Shown here: positions 55,751 to 64,000 of the stretch, piece after piece
How positions within the stretch are numbered: the stretch's first letter is position 1
Layout: each line of letters begins with the position of its first letter
From: Saccostrea echinata
Lineage: Eukaryota
Assembly (NCBI RefSeq): GCF_033153115.1
Contig: NW_026889764.1
Coordinates: forward strand, 1,178,001 to 1,242,000
Length of the DNA: 64,000 nucleotides
Reading direction: 5' to 3'
Position numbers and translations under genes: made by a program
The notes under the pieces: model-generated
Databases searched by the model: none
Seen by the model: the letters and a program-made list of their open reading frames with translations, nothing else
What the model was told of the DNA's origin: nothing

Positions 55751-57261
55751 CTTTCAAGGGGAGATAATTAGGAATTACTGAAAAAATAATGGCATCGTTT
55801 AAAAATCTTCTTCTCAAGAACCATAGGGCCAGGAAAGATGAAACTCATGTGGAAGCATCCTTAGGTAGTGTACATTCAAGTTTGTTCAAATCATGACCCC
55901 CGGGGGTAGGGCGGGGCCGCAATGGAGGATCAAAGTTTTACATAGAAATATATAGGAAAAATCTTTAAAAATCTTCTTCTCAAGAACAGCAAAGCCATGA
56001 TGAGTCATATTTATATGGAAGTATCCTCAGGTAGTGTAGATTCAAGTTTGTTCAAATCATGACCCCCGGGGGTAGGGTGGGGCCACAATGGAGGATCAAA
56101 GTTTTACATAGAAATATATAGGAAAAATCTTTAAAAATCTTCTTCTCAAGAACAGCAAAGCCATGACGAGTCATATTTATGTGGAAGCATCCTCAGGTAG
56201 TGTAGATTCAAATTTGTTCAAATCATGACCCCCGGGGGTAGGGCGGGGACGCAATGGAGGATCAAAGTTTTACATAGAAATATATAGGAAAAATCTTTAA
56301 AAATCTTCTTCTGAAGAACAGCAAAGCCATGATGAGTCATATTTATATGGAAGCAATCTCAGGTAGTGTAGATTCAAATTTGTTCAAACCATGGCCCCCG
56401 GGGGTAGGGCGGGGCTGCAATGGAGGATCAAAGTTTTACATAGAAATATATAGGAAAAATCTTTAAAAATCTTCTTCTGAAGAACAGCAAAGCCATGATG
56501 AGTCATATTTATATGGAAGCATCCTCAGGTAGTGTAGATTCAAGTTTGTTCAAATCATGACCCCCGGGGGTAGGGCGGGGCCACAATGGAGGATCAAAGT
56601 TTTACATAGAAATATATAAGAAAAATCTTTAAAAATCTTCTTCTCAAGAACAGTAAGGCCATGAAGAGTCATATTTATATGGAAGCAATCTCAGGTAGTG
56701 TAGATTCAAATTTGTTCAAATCATGACCCCCGGGGGTAGGGCGGGGCCACAATGGAGGATCAAAGTTTTACATAGAAATATATAGGAAAAATCTTTAAAA
56801 ATCTTCTTCTCAAGAACAGTAAAGCCATGAAGAGTCATATTTATATGGAAGCATCCTCAGGTAGTGTAGATTCAAGTTTGTTCAAATCATGACCCCCAGG
56901 GTAGGGTGGGTCCAATGGGGGATCGAAAGTTTTACATAAGAACATATAGAATAAAAATTTCTTCTCAAGAACAGAAAAGCTATGTTAGTCTAATTGATAT
57001 GGAAGCATCCTCAGGTAATGTAGATTCAAGTTTGTTCAAATGATGACCCCAGAGATAGGGAGGAGCTACAATGGGGGATCAAATTTTTACAAAGAAGGAA
57101 ATGGGAAAATTCTTTTAAAATCTTCTCAAGGACAACAAATTCATTTGTTATATTGACATGGAAGCATCATCAGGTAGTTTAAAATTCAAGCCCCCCCCCC
57201 CCCCCCCCCCCCCCCCCCCGTTCATTACTGAACTGATTTGTGCCTTAGTCTAGCCAATGTG

Positions 57262-57295
<34 letters not shown>

Positions 57296-60200
57296 CTTTG
57301 TTGCCCAATACTTTGCCAATAAAGGTATGGTACAAAATTATCATAAAATTGTCAAAAGTTATTTAAATATTTAAAATTCTTACAGATAAGTTTATTAAGT
57401 TATAAATTTAAGGATATAGTGATTTCACAACTAAGGGAAATAACTCTTAAAAATTTGTCGAAATTTAAGGGGAAAAAACAGTTGGCTACATTGACAGCTT
57501 CCCACTTGATATTTTAGTTTTGGTTAATTTCCTGTAGATTTAAATTGTAAATATAAGGAAACGATGCATTATTTCTTATCTAATGCATATGTTTTTTATG
57601 TCCCCTTCGAAGAAGGAAGGGCATATTGCTTTGCTGCTGTCTATCGGTCTGTCTGTCTGTCTGTCCACCAACAGTTTCCATTCATTTTCTTGGCAGAGGT
57701 TGCACATACTGAAATGAAATTTGGTATACAGATTTATCATAAGAATATCTAGGTCAAGTTCTGTTTTGGGTATGATTGAGTAATTTTTGACAGAGTTATG
57801 CCCCTTGGACTTATAAAATTCCAATTATTTTGGTGGGGGGCATAAGTTTTTCACAAACATCTCTTGTTTCACTCTATGTGAACCTTGAACATTTAAATTG
57901 AAGTATTTTGGATTTTAGGACTTGACAGAGGAAGCAGGCAGTTCAGTGACTGGAGGTCAGACGGTCATTAACCCATGGATGACCATAGGGGGCGTGGCTA
58001 CCACAGTCTGTCAGTCAAACGAGTTCATCATGTAAGTGACTAATGGTTTAGTGAACAGGACGCTGCATTCTTTTCCATGTCAACTTTTATAGAGAATCAA
58101 ATATAAATTCTTCTCTGAATCATATTTGAAGAGTAGAGAAAAATTGGAAATATATTGCAATAAACTGACTGCTTATGACTTCAAGATGACATACTGTACG
58201 TGTACATAAATTAGTGTATTCAAAATTTAGCGCAGTCACTGGGTATGGAGTTGTTGGCGAAATCATGAATTAGAGCTATACATGTCAGTGCTGTATATTG
58301 TATTTATAAATGATTTCTTAGTGGTATTTCATGAATTTGTGCATCATTGTCTGCTCCAAAGCCGCTAAAATATGAAGCCCGCCTTTTTAAGTACTTGTAC
58401 AGTATATTTTGAGGTCATTTGGACAGAGGTTGGAACTTTGTATCATTGTATTTGAATATAAAGATAATGAGAGTTGTATACTGCAGGCCTGACAATGCTG
58501 TTGTGGGTGATGTCCTGGTTTTGACTAAACCTCTGGGTACACAGGTGGCTGTGAATGCTTACCAGTGGTTAGATCAACCAGAGAGGTGGAACCGAGTGAA
58601 ACTGGTTGTGACAGAAGATGATGTGAGGAAGGCATACCAGAGAGCCATGTTTAGCATGTCAAGACTCAACAGAACAGGTAACGTTTGTCCTGAGAACGGA
58701 TTTGATCTATTTTAAAAGTATGTCTCGAATACTTTCTGAATGTACTGATACGTGATTATGTGTGGTACCCTTTGCAATCTCTGATTAATAAAATAGAATA
58801 AATACAGTGTGTGTGTGTGTGTGGTTGGTACTGTCAATGTAAATCTGGTACTAGCATTGTTGGGAGTTGTGCCCATATCTTTAGTGTTACAGATATCTTA
58901 AGTAAAAGCTCCCCTATCAAAATACTGTTATGGGATAGCACTCAGTGGCTATCCCACTTCTGACGCTAAAAATTTTATGGTGTAATGGGGGGGGGGATTT
59001 CTGACACTAAAAATTTTATGGTGTAGTGGGGGGGATTGTAAATTCCACCCTTGTAAATTCTAGTTTGATTCACCCAGGCAAATATTGATATAAATTGAAC
59101 TTTAGCAAAGGAAAGTAGCTGTACCAAAATTACACTGAATGAGTATTAAAATTTTGCAGCTAATGGCAGTTTAACAAATAATTAAATTTAAAAATTCAGA
59201 TAAAAATCTAGCCAAAATTAGAAAACATTTTATACAAGAACGTGGAAAGGCTGGAGTCCCCGTTGAACAACGGAACCACCAACAGGGATTGGACTCCATT
59301 CCAAAGTAACAGAATCCAATGAAAACTAAGGGTATACCCATTCAAAGAAAATGGATAACCTTAACAGAAAATTTTTCTACATCAGTAAAACTCCTATTAC
59401 TTATTCAGTAATACTGAATTCAATAAACCTGTTTACAATCCAAATACAGATAAAATATTAATTTACATGTAATGTAGCCATTGCTTGTTCTAAGTCCAGT
59501 TGATATGCATTTATAAGTGATTTACAGTATTTAACATCATACATGTTGAATGCAATTGATCAGCAATTTGAATTTTAGTTTCAACACAAGAACTCGCTTA
59601 AACTCAATAATACACAGAAACATGACTAATTCTGATACTATTTATAGAAATATACAAGCATTATCATTATTTCTCATTTAAAAACAAACATAATACTTTA
59701 AATGCATACATGTGTTTTTACATGTGCAGTTAAAATTAGGGTTCAAAACATTAGGCCATTCCAAGTTTTTTTCTATGTTTATTGTCCGCGGGTGGATTGC
59801 TCGAGGTTATGAAATTAAAAACAAACATGAATTCATATTGACAAATACAAATCTTTGAAATGCAATTCAAGGATTTTTGAGATCAACATCTTTCTTTTAT
59901 GTGATGTACCAATTTTTTTATTTCAATAAACTAGTAGTTTGAAGATGCGAGGAGAATTCTCAAATGTTGAGGAGAAATTCAAGAATTGTACTTGAAATAT
60001 TGTGTTGGGTGGATGCTAAACAAAGAAAAACTTGGAAAGGCCTTACAGTACAGTGATGCACATTTATAGGGAAGTGCAAGGGGAAAACAATTTTGGTTGG
60101 GTATAAAAGTAATTTGCCATATCCTTATGTTTACTGTTACTGTAACTATGCAGTCAGTGTTTAAAAAATAATTCATTTTAAAGGTTTATGTAAAACAGAT

Positions 60201-61698
60201 TCTGATGTTTTATCTGATTAGCTATTAGGATATTTAAAATAATAAAGTAATAAAAATACATTTTGAATATTGCTATGATTTTACATATTCTTGTATGGAA
60301 CATGACATCTTTCTTGAACTGCTACAAAAGGACTGCTATCCTGGTGAATCGATGTGAATTTTATATACCTGATTAACTCTGCAAGCTAGCCATTCATGAA
60401 TGAGCATTCAGTCTGCCTTATTCACCCATCTTCTTTGGTGTGGCATGCCTCCTTAATGTGGAGAGAGATAATAAAAAATACAAAAAAACTTGTTTCTTTA
60501 TATAGGTGTCTGTTTGACTTGCTTCTTTATAAATATAGGTGCCCGTTTGACTTGCTTTTTTATAAATATAGGTGCCCGTTTGACTTGCTTCTTTATAAAT
60601 ATAGGTGCCCGTTTGACTTGCTTCTTTATAAATATAGGTGCCCGTTTGATGCACAAGTACAATGCCCATGGTGCTACAGATGTGACAGGATTTGGCTTAC
60701 TGGGTCATGCTAAAAACCTGGCTAAGATTCAAAAGAACGAGGTCAGTTTTGTTATCCACAATCTCCCCATCATAGCCAAGATGGCCTCCATCAGTAAGGC
60801 ATGTGGAAACATGTTTGGGCTGCTCCAGGGACACTCTGCAGAAACTTCAGGTATGTATCAGATTATGAACTGTATATCGGTTATTGATAAAAAAAATTTT
60901 GTATAACAAACTTAATATTGTCATTTATAAATGTATCTACATTAATAATCTTACTAAATGACTCATGTTTGAATTTCTGTCAAATTATCTGATCAGATGT
61001 TTAATATGTACAAATTCCTGTTTCTGTGAACAGCAAGTACATAATCAATATGTACAAAAATTAACATTTCCTTGCATTAACAATAATCCACCAACCTTCC
61101 CAAAACCTCGGGTATTATCCATGGTTATCTTTGTTTACCATGAGGAAAAAAGTCCAAGGAAGCAAGATGATTAGTTGATTAAAGTAACAAGTATTGCTTG
61201 TATTGATTCAGTTAAATTATAAAGCACAGATATTAGACGTATATGAAGACTTGTTGCAGAATCAAATTCCTGTTGATTTACATTTAGAGAATATTTGTCT
61301 TGGCTGAGTAAATCACCATAGCGCTAGCTTTCCTACATGGTAATTGCATCTGGAGAACACAAACCAGATAATTCAAAATATTGGAGAGAAAAAGAAGACT
61401 TAAGATTTTAATTAAGATTTTGTAGCTTTCACATTGTTCAGGAATTGTTTGTTGTGCAGAAGTATTATATCATTCAAGCAGGACAAGCATTATGGTTAGT
61501 ATTTTCTTTCCAGGTGGGTTATTAATGGCATTACCAAGGGAACAAGCTGCAGCATTTTGTAAGGATATAGAAAAACAAGAGGGCTACCAGTCATGGATTA
61601 TAGGCATTGTAGAGAAGGGCAACCGCACAGCCAGAATTATTGACAAACCTCGAGTGATAGAAGTGCCGGCTAAGGACAGAGATGGGGAACTATGGTAG
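52510..61698 (+). CDS. SEPHS2: Selenophosphate synthetase (SelD/SPS family) with in-frame UGA at the Sec site; exons 52510-52732, 53231-53334, 53644-53793, 57919-58031, 58487-58677, 60638-60850, 61514-61698
   Basis: Spliced translation [34 protein letters not shown][UGA]GCKVPQE...[51 protein letters not shown]...[11 protein letters not shown]...[17 protein letters not shown]...[14 protein letters not shown]...SAETSGGLL...[33 protein letters not shown]. All introns are GT-AG with consistent phases. TGA at 52612-52614 is codon 35. SPS1 versus SPS2 assignment depends on a SECIS. Confidence 0.95.
52612..52660 (+). promoter_or_regulatory. Stop-codon redefinition context: UGA-GGGUGU plus a 14-bp stem-loop (SRE-like)
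   Basis: GTCCCTCAAGA (52624-52634) is the perfect reverse complement of TCTTGAGGGAC (52650-52660). The stem extends by G-U, G-C and C-G pairs and begins 9 nt after the UGA. Confidence 0.75.
54391..54838. mobile_element. hAT-like MITE in an SPS intron
   Basis: TIR CAGGGCTCTCA...TGAGAGCCCTG; no clear TSD. Confidence 0.6.
55517..57295 (+). mobile_element. Helentron-associated element (HINE) carrying ~9 Cg170/HindIII-like 166-bp satellite monomers
   Basis: subTIR GCTCACCTGAG/CTCAGGTGAGC, (GTCY)n microsatellite, 166-bp periodicity of AAATCATGACCCCCGGGGGTAGGG, 3' palindrome GGCCCATGGGCC, T-rich target. Confidence 0.9.
57595..57868 (+). mobile_element. Short HINE-type element
   Basis: TTATGTCCCC / GGGGGCATAA subTIR, (CTGT)n, CTTGTT end. 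Confidence 0.7.
60489..60649 (+). repeat. 33-bp tandem repeat (about 5 copies) spanning the SPS exon-6 splice acceptor
   Basis: Unit CTTGCTTCTTTATAAATATAG|GTGCCCGTTTGA. Possible exon starts at 60506, 60539, 60572, 60605 and 60638. Confidence 0.95.
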
Positions 61699-62559
61699 TG
61701 TCTGAAAATCATAAAGACTAATAGTTTACTGAATTATATACTTGGATAACAGAAAATCTCTCTTGGAAACTAAATTTGCTTATATTTTAATTGAAATTAA
61801 AAAAAAAAGATTCATGAAATAAGGTTAAGCTAAACAATATCAGAAAACTGATTTTTTTTTTTTGTTGAAGTTTGAAACAAAATCAATGTTTTGTATGATT
61901 TTTTTTTTCTTTTGTGAAAAATTTTGTTTGAAATATATTGTTGACTTTGTTATTGTTTTTAAAGTTCACAATTCTCATTTCTCAATCATGATCGTAATTA
62001 ATCTTGAAAAATTAATTGTAAAAAGATCAATTATGTTAAGCTGTACCTAGCTGGAGGGTTTAGCTTCATCATTGTCACTTAAACGCTTGTAAATATTCTG
62101 ATCTTATTCATGAAGCTGTTTGAAGAAAAAAACAGATGTTTAATCAACAGTGGAATATTTCTTGTATAGAATTTAGAATTTTTACAAGTGTGAAGTGAAG
62201 AAATCATTTAAAAATTGTTCACTCCCATTCTTCATCCATTCATAATAAAAAGTTATCATTGTACTTGAGTGTTTTATTTAAAAGGAATTATGTTGAAGGA
62301 GATTTTCATTTTCTTGGAAAAGGAAAAGTCTATAACATAATGAGCAATTACTTGGAGGATATGGACGAATAACTATAATAGAGGTCATTTTTGAGTTGTT
62401 TGTAGTTCTCTGTTTTTAGCAGGACCAAGCTTGATTTATTATATTATATTTATGGATGAATCTACACCAAAGTTTTATTTAATGGATTTTTAAGGCATCT
62501 CTTTTGAAATATGGTTTCAGCATGGAGAAGTTGATATTAGCTCTTAATTATTTTATGAT

Positions 62560-63810
62560 TTTTATGCCCCGCCTTGAATATGGCCGGGGCATATAGTGTT
62601 TGTCATGTCCGTCTTTCTGTCCTTCTGTCCTTCCATCTGTCCTTCCGTCACACTTTGCATTTAGCTCTGTTCAAAGCTCAGTTTCAAAGAAACTATCCAA
62701 GATATTTTTAGCAAATTCATATGCTGATAGATATGAGAGCTATGCAACTGCATTAACATTTTTTGACCTTGACCTTTCCTTTGACCTTGACCTCACTTTT
62801 CTTAAATTAGTGTTTTGCTCAGTTTTAAAGATACTATTCAAGATAGTGTTATCAAACTTCATATGCTGATACATACTGATGAGAGCTATTCAACTGCATC
62901 AATATTTTTTACCTTGAACTTTCCTTTGACCTTGACCTCACTTTTCTTAAATAAGTTTTTAGCTCAGTTTTATACCATTCAAGACAGTGTTATCAAACTT
63001 CATATGCTGATACATACTGATGAGAGCTATTCAACTGCATCAACATTTTTTGACCTTGACCTTTCTTTTGACCTTGACCTCACTTTTCTTAAATTAGTGT
63101 TTAGCTCAGTTTTAATGAAACCATTCAAGATATTTTTAACAAACTTCATATGCTGATACATACTGATGAGATCTATTCAACTGCATCAATATTTTTTACC
63201 TTGAACTTTCCTTTGACCTTGACCTCACTTTTCTTAAATAAGTTTTAGCTCAGTTTTAAAGATACCATTCAAGACAGTGTTATCAAACTTCATATGCTGA
63301 TACATACTGATGAGAGCTATTCAACTGCATCAACATTTTTTGACCTTGACCTTTCCTTTGACCTTGACCTCACTTTTCTTAAATTAGTGTCAAACTTTAT
63401 ATGCTGATACATACTGATGAGAGCTATTCAACTGCATCAATATTTTTTGACTTTGACCTTTCCTTTGACCTTGACCTCACTTTTCTTTAATTAGTGTTAA
63501 GCTTAGTTTTAAAACCATTCATAATATTTTTATCAAACTTCATATGCTTTTACATACCGTTGTAACCTTTCAACTGCATAAACAATTTTTTTTTACCTTG
63601 ACCTTTCATTTGACCTTGTCCTCACTTTTCTTAAATTTGTGTCAAACTTCATATGCTGATACATACTAATGTAAGCTATTCAACTGCATCAATATTTTTT
63701 CACCTTGACCTTTCCTTTGACCTTGACCTCACTTTTCTCAATTTGTGTTAAAATGTTGCATTACTAATATACCCTCGGCGGGGCATTCATGTCCTATGGA
63801 CATATTTCTA
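62560..63810 (+). mobile_element. HINE-type element with ~145-bp (and ~107-bp) internal tandem repeats
   Basis: subTIR ATGCCCCGCC/GGCGGGGCAT, microsatellite, repeated GACCTTGACCTCACTTTT, 3' palindrome ATGTCC-TAT-GGACAT. Confidence 0.85.
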
Positions 63811-64000
63811 TTTTTTCTCTATTTTCTGCCAGAGAAAATGTTTAAAAAATTTTGTGTTTCAAATTTCCTATTAAAAAATGCACAATATAAACATCAAATA
63901 CAACATGTCAAGCAAATTGGGATAGGCATTTGAATATTTGTAATAAAAAAAATATTTACCAAAATAAAACGCATTTTATTCTTAACATTTTTTAAAAATA

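Noticed and set aside
55518-55817. ORFs with TDGQ/DRQT repeats (also 9429, 57576, 62600)
   Set aside because: Translations of microsatellites within Helentron-type repeats.
60489-60649. CRISPR-like array
   Set aside because: Head-to-tail repeats with no spacers, in a eukaryotic gene.
61985-62030. ATGATCGTAATTAAT...ATTAATTG...GATC as a SECIS
   Set aside because: An asymmetric 5-nt bulge before the 3' GA and an AT-only stem; geometry looks non-canonical. It should still be run through SECISearch3.
62286-62341. Long hairpin ATTATGTT...AACATAAT as a SECIS
   Set aside because: No GA/AG quartet, no apical AA in the right position, and it lies downstream of the AATAAA.

Overview
AT-rich, repeat-dense eukaryotic DNA with spliceosomal introns and N gaps. 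It is very likely from an oyster (Ostreidae), inferred from a Cg170/HindIII-type satellite inside Helentron-like elements. Three host genes can be rebuilt by hand. (1) A + strand selenophosphate synthetase (7 coding exons, 52510-61698). It has an in-frame UGA at the catalytic Sec position, followed by GGGUGU and a 14-bp hairpin, no SECIS I can recognise in the proximal 3'UTR, and a five-fold in-frame tandem duplication of the exon-6 splice acceptor. (2,3) Two tandem minus-strand paralogs of an apparently uncharacterised single-pass receptor: signal peptide, Cys-rich ectodomain, TM helix and a cytoplasmic ankyrin-repeat domain. Gene A (24021-7922) has duplicated linker micro-exons and a 14-bp frameshifting duplication just before the ankyrin domain. 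Gene B spans 46233-40019, with an extra near-identical copy of its TM exon at ~36.8 kb. The remainder is transposon-derived: a young APE-RT LINE with an ORF1-ORF2 fusion, Penelope-like RT fragments, a deleted DIRS element, tRNA-SINEs, a non-autonomous Helitron, Helentron/HINE satellite carriers, MITEs and a solo LTR. All gene models are manual and unverified by transcript data.
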